Translations under genes and position numbers: made by a program | Origin: Deinococcus radiodurans R1 = ATCC 13939 = DSM 20539 | GTDB lineage: Bacteria; Deinococcota; Deinococci; Deinococcales; Deinococcaceae | Assembly: GCF_000008565.1 (NCBI RefSeq) | Contig: NC_001263.1 | Location: forward strand, 855,776 to 887,775 | DNA length: 32,000 nucleotides | Reading direction: 5' to 3' | Notes under the pieces: model-generated | Databases searched by the model: none | Told to the model about the DNA's origin: nothing | What the model saw: only the letters and a program-made list of their open reading frames with translations | Part shown: in pieces, positions 17,964 through 30,794 of the stretch | How positions within the stretch are numbered: the stretch's first letter is position 1 | Layout: every line of letters begins with the position of its first letter

Positions 17964-18941
17964 TCAGCCGTGGACCGCGCCCAGCGAGCGCAGTTCCCAC
18001 CACGCCTGCGGCAGCATCAGCAGTTTGCGCCGGCCACTCACGTAGGCGCGGCGCCCGAAATTGTCGTAGCCGGCGCGTTCGAGGTCGTCCAGAATGCCCT
18101 CGTAGGCGCGGGCGGCGGTCAGCACCGCCAGCGGGCCGCGTCCGTCGAGCTGCGGAATCCCGGCGCGGCCAGCGGCGTACCACTCGCGCGCCAGCCCGCC
18201 GAGGTGCGTCATCAGGGCGCGGTAGGCGGGGCTGAGCGGTTCGCCCTGGCCCCAGCGCTCCAGCGCGGCGCGTGACAGGCCGTATTCGTCGAGCAGGCTC
18301 TGCGGCAGGTAGACCCGTCCGCGCGTCAGGTCCTCGCCCACGTCGCGCAGGATGTTGGTGAGCTGCATCGCCTGACCGAGTTGCAAGGCGTCGTTCAGCG
18401 TCGCCGCGCCGCCCCGGTAGCCGCTGATAGGCGCGACCATGAACCCCACCACCCCGGCCACCCGGCGGCAGTAGAGCAACAGGTCGTCCATGTCGCGGTA
18501 CTCGTGCCCACGCAGGTCCATGTTCAGGCCCTCGTGCAGCTCGGCAAAGGCGCTGTGGGGAATGGCGTAGCGCCCCGCCGCCCACGCCAGCGCCGTGCTG
18601 ATGGGGTCGTCCGCCGGTTGCCCCGCAAACGCCGCGTCAATCCGGCTGCGCCACTCACGGAGTTCGCGCTCGCGGTCCCCGTTTCCCGCCTCGTCCACGA
18701 TGTCGTCCCCGGCGCGGCAGGCGGCGTAGACCGCCCACACGGCGGCCCGCTCGGGTGGCGAAAACAGTTGCGACCCCAGATAAAACGTCTTGCTGTGCTG
18801 CCGCGTCAGGTCCCGGCAGTACCTCACTGCCTGCGCCAGCGGCGGGCGGCGCAGTTCGGTGCAGGGCAGGGCAGGTGAATAGTCCGTCACGGTGAGGGTC
18901 CTCGTCGGCAGTCTAAGAGACAAACCGGCCCTAGACCTCAC
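17964..18941 (-). CDS. crtB: Phytoene synthase (CrtB)
   Basis: [12 protein letters not shown]...[13 protein letters not shown]...[22 protein letters not shown] are squalene/phytoene synthase signatures. The longest ORF starts at GTG 18941. Its first 17 codons are rich in rare codons (AGG x3, AGA, TCT x2, CTT, TTG). GTG 18889 is preceded by GAGGA 8 nt upstream, so the real start may be 18889. Confidence 0.92.
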   Translation of the reverse strand: MRSRAGLSLRLPTRTLTVTDYSPALPCTELRRPPLAQAVRYCRDLTRQHSKTFYLGSQLFSPPERAAVWAVYAACRAGDDIVDEAGNGDRERELREWRSRIDAAFAGQPADDPISTALAWAAGRYAIPHSAFAELHEGLNMDLRGHEYRDMDDLLLYCRRVAGVVGFMVAPISGYRGGAATLNDALQLGQAMQLTNILRDVGEDLTRGRVYLPQSLLDEYGLSRAALERWGQGEPLSPAYRALMTHLGGLAREWYAAGRAGIPQLDGRGPLAVLTAARAYEGILDDLERAGYDNFGRRAYVSGRRKLLMLPQAWWELRSLGAVHG

Positions 18942-19112
18942 GCCTGCTTACAGAAAAGGAAAGACAGCACCAGCAAGGCGCGGGCGCGGCGGGCCATCGC
19001 CAGCACCAAATTGTGTTGACGTTTCCTTTGGGGTAACGGCGATCAGACGTTTCTTTCACTATGCTGGGGCGTGAGGATGCCCCCGCCGGGGCACGAAGCT
19101 TGGAGGAAGCAC

Positions 19113-19958
19113 ATGGAAGAACGCAAGAGTATGGGAAGCGCACTGGTCGACGTGTTCGATGCGGGCGTGGTTCTCGTCAAGTCCGAAATCAATGCGCTGG
19201 CCCGTAAGGTCGGAGAAATCGCCAAGGCCAAGGGCCTCGGGCTGGTGCTGCTGCTCGCCGCGCTCGGGCCGCTGCTGCTGGGGATGATTTTCCTGATTCT
19301 GGCGGTGTTCTACGGCCTGATGCGTCTGGGCCTCGCCGCCTGGGCCGCCGCGCTGATCATCGCCCTCGTCAGCCTCGCCATCACCGGCGCGCTGATCGCG
19401 ATGGGCCTGCAAAAGCTCAGCGCCGAAGTCGACACCGACATGCCCCGCCGCCCGGTGGACATGAGCGGCCCCGAGTTCCGCGCCGGCCAGGGCGCCGAGT
19501 ACCAGAACGCCCCCGGCGTGCCCGCCACCTCGCTGAAGTACCCCGTTCCCGGCGCTGCCGCGGCGACGGCGGTGCCCGCTGCGAGCTACGGCACCACCGG
19601 CAGCCGAGTCACTGGGAGCCAGGTCACGGGAACCCAGGTCGTCGGCAGTCAGGCTGCCGGCACCGTGTCGGGCAGCGTCCAGCCCTCGGTGGAAGGCGCC
19701 GAGCGCGTGCCGGTCTATGAGAGCGACGCCGATGGCCGCGCCACGATGTACGGCGACCGCCTAAACGACAAGCTCGAAGGCCATGACGACCACGACGACC
19801 CCAACCTGCAAAACCCGGTCGTGCTGCACGACGCCCCCGGCATCGCCGTGAGCACCACCCCCACCTTCCGCGAAGACATGCGCCGCGAGGGCCTGAGCGT
19901 GAACGACGTGCCCCCCACCGACCCCGACCAGACCAAGCCCGGCCAGGGAGGTCACTGA
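19113..19958 (+). CDS. Membrane protein with a Holin-X/YqjE(DUF1469)-like TM hairpin and a long low-complexity C-terminal region
   Basis: ATG 19113 is preceded by GGAGGA (19102-19107). [49 protein letters not shown]...[24 protein letters not shown] gives two TM helices. A (T/S)G(S/T)QV-type repeat region follows. The family call is tentative. Confidence 0.75.
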   Translation: MEERKSMGSALVDVFDAGVVLVKSEINALARKVGEIAKAKGLGLVLLLAALGPLLLGMIFLILAVFYGLMRLGLAAWAAALIIALVSLAITGALIAMGLQKLSAEVDTDMPRRPVDMSGPEFRAGQGAEYQNAPGVPATSLKYPVPGAAAATAVPAASYGTTGSRVTGSQVTGTQVVGSQAAGTVSGSVQPSVEGAERVPVYESDADGRATMYGDRLNDKLEGHDDHDDPNLQNPVVLHDAPGIAVSTTPTFREDMRREGLSVNDVPPTDPDQTKPGQGGH

Positions 19959-19959
19959 G

Positions 19960-20841
19960 ATGGCAGATTCCAAGGACATTCGCACCGAAGCCCAGGGCCC
20001 CGTGACCCAGGTGCAGACCATTCAGGCGCAGCCCGCCGTGACCCATGAGCCGGTGCCTGCTCAGCCGCCCGTCCAGTCCCAGGCGCCCGTCAGCCGCGCC
20101 GAGGACCAGAGCCCGGTGATGTCGGGTACGCTGGTGCGCGTGGGGGAAAACACCGACGTGCGCTATCTCAACGAGCAGGAAGAAGCCCGCGAGCGCCTCA
20201 AGGCGAGCGTGGACCGCCTGACCCAGCAGGCCAGCTTGCAGGTCAAGGTCGAAAAAGAGCCGCTGAAGATGCTCGGTGGCGCTTCGGCAGTGGGCGCAGT
20301 CATCGGCCTGGTGCTGGGTCGTCAACTGCGGCGTTCCAAGAAGATCTACGTGGACGCCCACAGCCCGGTCAAGCACCAGCGCGAGTTCGTTAAGGCGCAG
20401 CAGCGCGCCCAGAACAACAAGAACAACGTCGGCGGCGCCCTGCTTGCCACGCTGGGCACCATGGCCGTCAAGATGCTGACTGACAAGGTGCTGGCGCCCA
20501 AGCTCGAAGAAGTCGCCAACAACCTGCTCGACAAGGCCGGGCAGCCGAGCGCGGCCACGCGGGTTGCGGCGCCCTCCAACGCCAACGCGACGGCAGCCGC
20601 CAGCAACGCGGGCCAGATTCCAACGGTCAACCGGGCAAGTACTCCAGTCGCGCCTGCTGCGGCCCCAGCTCAGACTCAGTCGCAGCCCCAGGTAAGTGGC
20701 GATCATCCCCACCCCGGCGTACATTACACCGCCAACCCGGTGCACCCCGGCGTGGTGCCGATTCCGGACAGCGTGGTCGAGGCGAAGGCCCAGGGCACGC
20801 CTATCAGCGAAGACCAGAAGGTCAACCCCAACCTGTCCTGA
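19960..20841 (+). CDS. Low-complexity membrane-anchored protein (DUF3618/YqjD-like?)
   Basis: The ATG lies 1 nt after the upstream stop, so the genes are coupled. It has a Gln/Pro/Val-rich N-terminus, a central segment EKEPLKMLGGASAVGAVIGLVLGRQLRRSKK, and an Ala/Pro/Gln-rich C-terminus. The family call is tentative. Confidence 0.7.
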   Translation: MADSKDIRTEAQGPVTQVQTIQAQPAVTHEPVPAQPPVQSQAPVSRAEDQSPVMSGTLVRVGENTDVRYLNEQEEARERLKASVDRLTQQASLQVKVEKEPLKMLGGASAVGAVIGLVLGRQLRRSKKIYVDAHSPVKHQREFVKAQQRAQNNKNNVGGALLATLGTMAVKMLTDKVLAPKLEEVANNLLDKAGQPSAATRVAAPSNANATAAASNAGQIPTVNRASTPVAPAAAPAQTQSQPQVSGDHPHPGVHYTANPVHPGVVPIPDSVVEAKAQGTPISEDQKVNPNLS

Positions 20842-20856
20842 GACTCTTTTCCTGTG

Positions 20857-20884
20857 GCGGCTCCCTGCGGGGGGCTGCTTTTTT
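20857..20884 (+). terminator. Rho-independent terminator of the two-gene membrane-protein operon
   Basis: GCGGCTCCC (20857-20865) pairs with GGGGGCTGC (20870-20878, two G-U pairs), followed by TTTTTT (20879-20884). Confidence 0.75.
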
Positions 20885-20922
20885 GTGCCGCCGTTCCTGG
20901 GTCGGCTGCGCTTGCGCTTTGC

Positions 20923-20928
20923 TACCCT
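20923..20928 (+). promoter_or_regulatory. -10 box TACCCT, 6 nt upstream of ATG 20935
   Basis: TAnnnT hexamer adjacent to the start codon, with no SD. Confidence 0.45.
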
Positions 20929-20934
20929 GCCTCC

Positions 20935-21333
20935 ATGACCGCCCGCCGCAGCACCCGCCAGCGTGACGTGATCGCCCGCGTGTTGCAGGACGCGCCCGGT
21001 CCGCTCGGGGTCACCGAGGTACACGCCTGCGCACAGGCCGAGCTGCCTCGGCTGGGCATTGCCACGGTGTACCGCACCCTCAAGCTGCTGACCGAGGAGC
21101 GCCGCATTCACCCGGTGCTGCTTGACGGCGAAACTCTTTACGAAACAGTAGGCCGGGGACATCATCACCATTTCAGCTGCACGCGCTGTGGCCGAGTGTT
21201 TACGCTGCATACCTGCCCGGTAACCTTGCCGAGCAGCGCCGTCTATCCCGGCGGGTTCGTGGTCGAGGCGCACGAAGTGACGCTTTATGGGCAGTGTCCG
21301 GAGTGCGCGGCGAGGAAGACCGGGGCCCACTAA
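20935..21333 (+). CDS. Fur-family metalloregulator (Fur/Zur/Mur/PerR type)
   Basis: 132 aa from the internal [16 protein letters not shown]...LGVTEVH...[11 protein letters not shown] is a winged-helix pattern. [14 protein letters not shown]...CPEC provides a His cluster plus two CxxC pairs, typical of Fur proteins. Confidence 0.88.
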   Translation: MTARRSTRQRDVIARVLQDAPGPLGVTEVHACAQAELPRLGIATVYRTLKLLTEERRIHPVLLDGETLYETVGRGHHHHFSCTRCGRVFTLHTCPVTLPSSAVYPGGFVVEAHEVTLYGQCPECAARKTGAH

Positions 21334-21345
21334 GGCGGGAAGTTT

Positions 21346-22440
21346 TTACTGCGTGGCTTCTGCGAAAGCCTGCGCCACCTGCCCCACCGTCTGGTCAAGG
21401 CTGTGATGGTCAAGGACCCATTCCCGCGCCGCCGCGCCGTAACGCCGGGCCTGTTCCGGGTGGGCCGCAAGCGCCCGCAGCGCCCGGGCGAGCAGCGCGG
21501 GCTGGGGAGGCACCAGCAGGCCGGTCTGACCGTCTTGCACCAGTTCGCGCTGGGCGGGAATCGGCGTGGTGACCAGCGGCAACCCGGAAGCGAGCGCCTC
21601 CAGCGTGACGAGCGACTGGTTTTCGGCGAGCGTAGGTTGCAGCAGCACGTCCGCCGCCCGGTAGAGGTCGGGCATGTCCCAGCGCCGGCCCCAGAATTGT
21701 ACGTTGGGCTGAGTGCGCGCCAGTTGCTGCGCGAGTCGCCCACCTCCCGAATCCATATCGCCGACGAACACGAAGTCGAGGTCGGAAGCTTGCCGCGCTG
21801 CCCAGACCGCCGCCAGTTGATTTTTTTCGGGGGCGAAGCGGCCAGGGACGAGCACGGTAAAGCGGCGAAATCCCAGCTCGGCGCGCAGCTTTTCGCGCGC
21901 GGACTCAGGCAATGGCGAAAAACGGTTAGTGTCCACTCCGTTGGGCACCGCCCGCACGTCCGACACCCGCAGTTCTTGCTGTAAGAAAGCCGCGCCCCAC
22001 CGCGACACCGTGAGGCGCTGCTCAGCCTGGGGAAGGAATTTGGCCTTCGTCTGCCGGTAAATTTCGCGGTAAAGGCCCTGGAGCGGCCAGCCGTAGTGAT
22101 AGTCGAGCTGGTCGTGCAACACCACACTGCGCGGCGCCCTGAGCTGGGGCAGTAACGTGCGGTAAGTGTCTGGATTCCAGACTTGCAACACCCGCAGGTC
22201 GGCGTCCCCAGTCATCTCCGGCAACGTCAGCAGATCGGTCCAACGCTCCACCGTGACGCCCTGCTCGGTGAGTTGCGCCGCCCAGCGGTCGAGGGCGGGC
22301 GCCGCCGAGCAGTACACCGTCGCCCGTTGCCCATGCGCGCGCAACCGGGGCAACACGTCAAGCAGCCACACCTCGCTGCCCGCCACCCGCGGCGCGTCGG
22401 TGATGACCGTCAGATTCAGGTCGTGCCCTGCCTCAGTCAT
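21346..22440 (-). CDS. GT4/GT1-family glycosyltransferase
   Basis: 364 aa. It has the typical two-Rossmann GT-B layout with C-terminal EGFGLxxxEA-like residues ([21 protein letters not shown]). Its start overlaps the folD stop by 8 nt. Confidence 0.8.
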   Translation of the reverse strand: MTEAGHDLNLTVITDAPRVAGSEVWLLDVLPRLRAHGQRATVYCSAAPALDRWAAQLTEQGVTVERWTDLLTLPEMTGDADLRVLQVWNPDTYRTLLPQLRAPRSVVLHDQLDYHYGWPLQGLYREIYRQTKAKFLPQAEQRLTVSRWGAAFLQQELRVSDVRAVPNGVDTNRFSPLPESAREKLRAELGFRRFTVLVPGRFAPEKNQLAAVWAARQASDLDFVFVGDMDSGGGRLAQQLARTQPNVQFWGRRWDMPDLYRAADVLLQPTLAENQSLVTLEALASGLPLVTTPIPAQRELVQDGQTGLLVPPQPALLARALRALAAHPEQARRYGAAAREWVLDHHSLDQTVGQVAQAFAEATQ

Positions 22441-23332
22441 CCACTGGCTCCCCGCGCTGCAACTTCACGCCGCGCACCAGATTCTGGTACATCAGCGCCG
22501 AGGTCAGCGGCCCCACGCCGCCCGGCACCGGGGTCTGGGCGCGCACCGGCAGCTCGGGTAGAGCGTCGCCCACCATGTCACCGCTTTCCTGCACGTTGAT
22601 GCCGGCGTCAATGACGACGTGCTCCGGCTGCACCTGCTCGGGCCGCAGCAGCCCTGCCTTGCCTACTGCGACCACCACCGCGTCCTGCGCAGCCAGCACC
22701 GCCGCGAGGTCGCGGGTGTGCTCGTTGCACAGCGTTACCGTCGCGCCCTTATTGTTCAGCATAAACAGCAGCGGGCGGCCCACCGTGCGCCCCGGCCCGA
22801 TGACCGCCACCCGCAAGCCGCGCAGGTCGTCGCCCAGCGCGTGCCGCAGCAGAAAGCGCACCGAGCGCGGCGTGGGCGGCAACAGCGCCTCGGGTTCGCG
22901 TCCGGCGGCGATCAGGGCGAGGTTGGCCGGGCTCAGCCCCTCGATATCCTTGCGCGCCGCAATGTGCAGCAGCGCGGCGTCGGCGTCCAGCCCAGCGGCC
23001 AGCGGCAGCTCCAGCACGATGCCGTGCACGGCGGGGTCGGCGGACAGCTCGCGCAGGGTCTGTTCCAACGCCTCCTGCGTGGCCGCCGCGCCGAGGTCCA
23101 CCACCCGGAACGCCACCCCCAGCTTCTTGGCGCGCTTCGCCTTGCTCTGCACGTAGACCTGCGAGGCCTCGTCGTCAGAGGCCAGCACGCTCACCAGTTG
23201 CGGCTCAAAGGGTGGGTCCAGTTGCGCCCAGGCTTTCAGGTCGGCGCGCACGCCGCGCATGACCCGATCGGCCAGCGGTTTGCCGAGCAGCGCGGCGGTT
23301 TCGGAAGCGGCAGGTTCGGAAGAGGTCTGCAT
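22433..23332 (-). CDS. folD: Bifunctional methylenetetrahydrofolate dehydrogenase / methenyl-THF cyclohydrolase
   Basis: 299 aa from ATG 23332. [10 protein letters not shown]...[16 protein letters not shown]...[14 protein letters not shown]...[15 protein letters not shown] are FolD signatures. TGAGGACAGGATG links it to purH. Confidence 0.92.
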   Translation of the reverse strand: MQTSSEPAASETAALLGKPLADRVMRGVRADLKAWAQLDPPFEPQLVSVLASDDEASQVYVQSKAKRAKKLGVAFRVVDLGAAATQEALEQTLRELSADPAVHGIVLELPLAAGLDADAALLHIAARKDIEGLSPANLALIAAGREPEALLPPTPRSVRFLLRHALGDDLRGLRVAVIGPGRTVGRPLLFMLNNKGATVTLCNEHTRDLAAVLAAQDAVVVAVGKAGLLRPEQVQPEHVVIDAGINVQESGDMVGDALPELPVRAQTPVPGGVGPLTSALMYQNLVRGVKLQRGEPVDD

Positions 23333-23339
23333 CCTGTCC

Positions 23340-24872
<1,533 letters not shown>

Positions 24873-24920
24873 GTTGCCTCCCGTTTTCCACACAGGAAAA
24901 CGCCCCCGCACATGCAGGAA

Positions 24921-25005
24921 GCGTCCGACCCAGGCGCACGGTCTTTGCTATGCCAGAAGGCTTCCCCGTGGTCTTCCCACGTTTTCGCGCCAGTCACCTT
25001 CCGCA
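24921..25005 (-). promoter_or_regulatory. ZTP riboswitch (pfl motif) in the purH leader
   Basis: The minus strand reads CGGAAGG-UGACUGGCG-CGAAAAC-GUGGGAAGACCAC-GGGGAAG-CCUUCUG ... GACCGUGCGCCUGGGUC. P1 is CGGAAGG/CCUUCUG, P2 is GUGG/CCAC, P3 is GACC/GGUC, and the pseudoknot is GGCGC:GCGCC. It is nearly colinear with the Thermosinus ZTP aptamer as I recall it (GGGUCGUGACUGGCGAACAGGUGGGAAACCACCGGGGAGCGACCC...CCGCCUGGGC). Confidence 0.88.
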
Positions 25006-25014
25006 GACGGGCGC

Positions 25015-25020
25015 AGCATA
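25015..25020 (-). promoter_or_regulatory. -10 box TATGCT for the riboswitch-purH transcript
   Basis: Minus-strand TATGCT lies 11 nt upstream of the first P1 nucleotide. Confidence 0.45.
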
Positions 25021-25043
25021 GCGCGTGGCGCAGCGTTGGCGAA

Positions 25044-25078
25044 GCAAAAGGCAGAGCGGCCCGCTGGCGCCCTGCCTT
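25044..25078 (-). terminator. Probable terminator of the 192-aa hypothetical gene
   Basis: On the minus strand, AAGGCAG (25078..25072) pairs with CTGCCTT (25054..25048), then TTGCTT. The loop is 17 nt. Confidence 0.5.
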
Positions 25079-25090
25079 CTGTCTTTGCCC

Positions 25091-25669
25091 TCAGTTGCTG
25101 TTGCCGCTGCCGTCGGGCGCTGGCATCGTAGTCCCGGTGGACTCCGGCAAGGTTTCCTGCACCACGGTCGGCTGGTTCGTCTGGTCGCCGCCAATCACCT
25201 GACGCAGTTCGTCCATCACGGCGCGTTCCTTGTCGTTGACCTGTTCGCCGCCGATGCCCAGGAAGCCGCCTTCCTTCGCGGCGTTCGCGGTGTTTTCCAC
25301 CACCTTGAGCAGCATCTGGCGGTAAGCGGCGGCGTCTTCGGGGCTCGCCTTGCTGCTCACCAACCACGCGGCTTGCCGCACGCCCTCAATGCTCTGCGCT
25401 TTGACCTCTTCCATGTCGCGGGTGTTTTGCTGGGGCAGGTCCTTGGGGTCGGGCGGGGTGCCGAGCAGTTCGGCGGCCATCGCCTCCATCAGCGGCGTGC
25501 GCGGCGTGCCGCTGACACTTTCGCGCACGGAAGCGGCAATCGCCTGCGCTTCGGCGAGCAGCCCGGTCAGTCCGCTGGGGCTGGCGGCGACCACAGCGGC
25601 CCCCGCGCGGCCTGGCCCGGTCATGACCTTGAACCACTCGTCTGCCGTGAAGTTGTCTTTTACGCTCAT
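25091..25669 (-). CDS. Hypothetical protein (192 aa)
   Basis: MSVKDNFTADEWFKVMTGPGRAG...EGGFLGIGGEQVNDKERAVMDEL... has good codon bias. I have no confident family call; the fold is possibly TerB-like (guess). Confidence 0.7.
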   Translation of the reverse strand: MSVKDNFTADEWFKVMTGPGRAGAAVVAASPSGLTGLLAEAQAIAASVRESVSGTPRTPLMEAMAAELLGTPPDPKDLPQQNTRDMEEVKAQSIEGVRQAAWLVSSKASPEDAAAYRQMLLKVVENTANAAKEGGFLGIGGEQVNDKERAVMDELRQVIGGDQTNQPTVVQETLPESTGTTMPAPDGSGNSN

Positions 25670-25680
25670 GCGGCCAGCTT

Positions 25681-27002
25681 CAATGGTTCGTGCAGTTTTA
25701 GGCGGCTTTGAGGCCGAAATTTAGCGGACTGGACGGCAGATGTTCTAATTCTTCAAAGCGGGCCGAGAGATCCAACTTGGACAAAATCACTTGGGCCAGC
25801 AGGGCGTTATACGCCCTGCGTTTCATGTCTTCGAGACTGAACACCAGATTCTGTCCGCCCTCTGCTGCTCGCAGGGCCTCAAGGCGACAGAGGTTCAGGG
25901 TCAGCAAGACCACGTTCCAATGCGCCTCAATGCCTGGCTGTGACCGCAATTGCACATCCTGGCCTCCCAGGAACTGCTTGGCATCCCGGAAGATCAGTTC
26001 AATCTCGAAACGGCTCCGGTACAGCGCAATGACCTCATGAGCGGGCATCGTCACAGCGGTGCTGAACAGCACCGCGTAACCCGTCACTTGACCCTTTTTA
26101 CCGACCTGCTGGATGACGACTGCACGCACTTCTCGCGCCCACTGCACGCTCCAGACCACCTGAGTCCACACCCGCTCGGTCGACGTTTCAGAAACGAGGT
26201 CAAAGCGCTGCAAGTCGCTGAAATCCACCTTGCCGTCGAACTTTTTTGGCCGTCCGCGTCGTCTGGGATGCTCGCCGGTATAGAGATACTTGAGGTTGGC
26301 GTTGCGAGGAAATCTGGAGATGAATGGGAGACCGTGACCGGTCACGGTCTCCACCATGGATTCTTTCGCATAGTTCCCATCCGCAACCACAGCGGCCAGA
26401 TCAAGCCGTGGAACAGTCTGGAGATCAAGCAACACGTCATCCAGCTGGTCAGCGGCCTGTTCCAGACGACTCGGGGCCTCAGACCCGGTCCGGGTCTGAC
26501 GGACATCGACCGTAAATGCCTGTCGGTGCTGGACGTCAATCAGGGCACAGCAGGATTGCTCGATCCCACGTTCGGTCCGTGCGGCACAGCCATTCCAGAA
26601 CGAGCCGAGGTGTGCGGTGTGCTGACCAGATTTGCGGTGAAAAGAGGCGTCGATGGCCAGAACGCACAGTGGGCTGATCAGCCCACTCTCAATCGCCGTG
26701 CTCACAGTCGCCCGGTGTACTGCGCCCCAGGGAATGGCCCCGGGGTCACTTCGGTGCAGCCAACGACGGATCGTACTCTCTGAGCAGGCCGCATATCGGG
26801 AGAGGTTCAGGACGTTCAGCCGTCCAGGAACAGCGAGAAATACGCTAAGCAGCACGGTCAGAAAATTCCGCTGCGTCTTGCGCAGCGGGACCGCGCTGAG
26901 AACGTACTGTAGGATAGCCATTAGACCCATTGGAAGCGGTGTGTTCACAGCCCCATTTTCGGTGGGTCTTTCTTTGTGACCTCAAAACTGCACGAACCAT
27001 TG
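25681..27002 (-). mobile_element. Complete IS4-type insertion sequence, 1322 bp
   Basis: Perfect 19-bp terminal inverted repeats: CAATGGTTCGTGCAGTTTT (25681-25699) and AAAACTGCACGAACCATTG (26984-27002). It is flanked by a 6-bp direct repeat CAGCTT (25675-25680 and 27003-27008). It carries a single DDE transposase ORF. GC is lower than its surroundings. The size and ends match my recollection of D. radiodurans IS2621, which is unverified. Confidence 0.9.
25698..26948 (-). CDS. IS4/IS701-like DDE transposase
   Basis: 416 aa filling the IS. The N-terminal part is HTH-like. The central part LAIDASFHRKSG...VVADGNYAKE...YRSRFEIELIFRDAKQ is the DDE plus Y-R-E-K-like signature of IS4-group transposases. 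Confidence 0.88.
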   Translation of the reverse strand: MNTPLPMGLMAILQYVLSAVPLRKTQRNFLTVLLSVFLAVPGRLNVLNLSRYAACSESTIRRWLHRSDPGAIPWGAVHRATVSTAIESGLISPLCVLAIDASFHRKSGQHTAHLGSFWNGCAARTERGIEQSCCALIDVQHRQAFTVDVRQTRTGSEAPSRLEQAADQLDDVLLDLQTVPRLDLAAVVADGNYAKESMVETVTGHGLPFISRFPRNANLKYLYTGEHPRRRGRPKKFDGKVDFSDLQRFDLVSETSTERVWTQVVWSVQWAREVRAVVIQQVGKKGQVTGYAVLFSTAVTMPAHEVIALYRSRFEIELIFRDAKQFLGGQDVQLRSQPGIEAHWNVVLLTLNLCRLEALRAAEGGQNLVFSLEDMKRRAYNALLAQVILSKLDLSARFEELEHLPSSPLNFGLKAA

Positions 27003-27225
27003 CAGCTTAGAGCATTTGACAAAAAGATGGCACAGCTTTTTGGCGAGCGGAGCGAGTACAAAACAAAGAGCAGAGCGGAGAATGGAGCGGGTGGCGGCGC
27101 TTTTCCGACGCACGCGTAATTCGGAGAACTGCTCTGGGCGCGGAGGCGGGGCGGGGGAATTGTGATTTTATTGGGAAAGTTCGAGGCTGGCGGTGGACCG
27201 TCAGAAGGCCTTCACCCGGCGCGTC

Positions 27226-27231
27226 TAGCCT
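27226..27231 (+). promoter_or_regulatory. -10 box TAGCCT, 6 nt upstream of ATG 27238
   Basis: TAnnnT hexamer adjacent to the start codon, with no SD. Confidence 0.45.
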
Positions 27232-27237
27232 GAATCC

Positions 27238-27837
27238 ATGCGAAAAACCCTCGCCCTGCTGCTGTGCCTCGGTTCCTTCGCCGGAGCCGCGCAAGTCACC
27301 CTCCGCGAAGGCGAAACGGGGCGGCTCGGTGCCCGGCACCTTACGGTGCTGGAGGTGCAGGACCGGCGCTGTGGACCGACGGCGGACTGCCTCGCCGATG
27401 TCGTCGCCCGCGTCCAGGTCAAGCAAAATGGACGAGCCTCGGTGCTGACCCTGAGCTGGCCGCCGGAACGGGTGCCGCGCTGGAGTGGCGTAGGCGTAGT
27501 CGCCGTATCGGGTGGAAGCGCGCTCACCGTTAAACTCACCAATCGACCGCCCGGCAACCGCGCACCGGGACAGACGCTCACGCTGCGGCGCGGCGAAACG
27601 GGACAGCTCGGCCCCCGTCAGGTCAAGCTGCTCGGTCTAGAAACGCGAGTCTGTTCGCCGCAGGTGCTCTGCGTGCGGTCCCGCGTCACTACCGTCTATC
27701 TGGACGTGCGTCAGGGCGGGCAAAAAAGCTGGCTGGCCCTGGAGTATCCGGCCCCTGTTGCCCACAGCGGCGTGCGCTTGGTGAAGGCGACGGACGAGGC
27801 TCGCCCGGCGCTGACCTTTTCGGATGTGGGCGAGTGA
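27238..27837 (+). CDS. Secreted protein of unknown function made of two tandem ~85-aa repeats
   Basis: Signal peptide MRKTLALLLCLGSFAGAAQ. Repeat 1 is VTLREGETGRLGARHLTVLEVQDRRCGPTADCL...SVLTLSWP. Repeat 2 is LTLRRGETGQLGPRQVKLLGLETRVCSPQVLCV...SWLALEYP. Each repeat has a Cys pair. Confidence 0.75.
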   Translation: MRKTLALLLCLGSFAGAAQVTLREGETGRLGARHLTVLEVQDRRCGPTADCLADVVARVQVKQNGRASVLTLSWPPERVPRWSGVGVVAVSGGSALTVKLTNRPPGNRAPGQTLTLRRGETGQLGPRQVKLLGLETRVCSPQVLCVRSRVTTVYLDVRQGGQKSWLALEYPAPVAHSGVRLVKATDEARPALTFSDVGE

Positions 27838-27840
27838 GGC

Positions 27841-30690
<2,850 letters not shown>

Positions 30691-30794
30691 TCTGTGGCTC
30701 GAAAAGCTCGTCTCCGACTGAAAATCGGAGCAAGCTTGAGGTCTGGTTTCACGTCAAAAGAAGCGCAGAGCACCGCTTCAGCCCAGAGAATCCC

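Noticed and set aside
19624-21330. 568-aa ORF antisense to the two membrane-protein genes and the Fur-family gene
   Set aside because: It crosses a terminator and three sense genes. It has low-complexity Arg/Gly content and no domain signature.
22741-22756. TTATTGTTCAGCATAA palindrome-like sequence resembling an RDRM or operator
   Set aside because: It lies inside the folD coding sequence. The half-site spacing is 4 rather than 5, and the halves are imperfect, so it is probably chance.
27100-27116. TTCCGACGCACGCGTAA as a possible radiation/desiccation response motif (DdrO-type 17-bp palindrome, consensus from memory)
   Set aside because: Only the right half (GCGTAA) fits. The left half TTCCGA breaks the palindrome. 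The site is more simply part of a local TCCGA/TCGGA hairpin.
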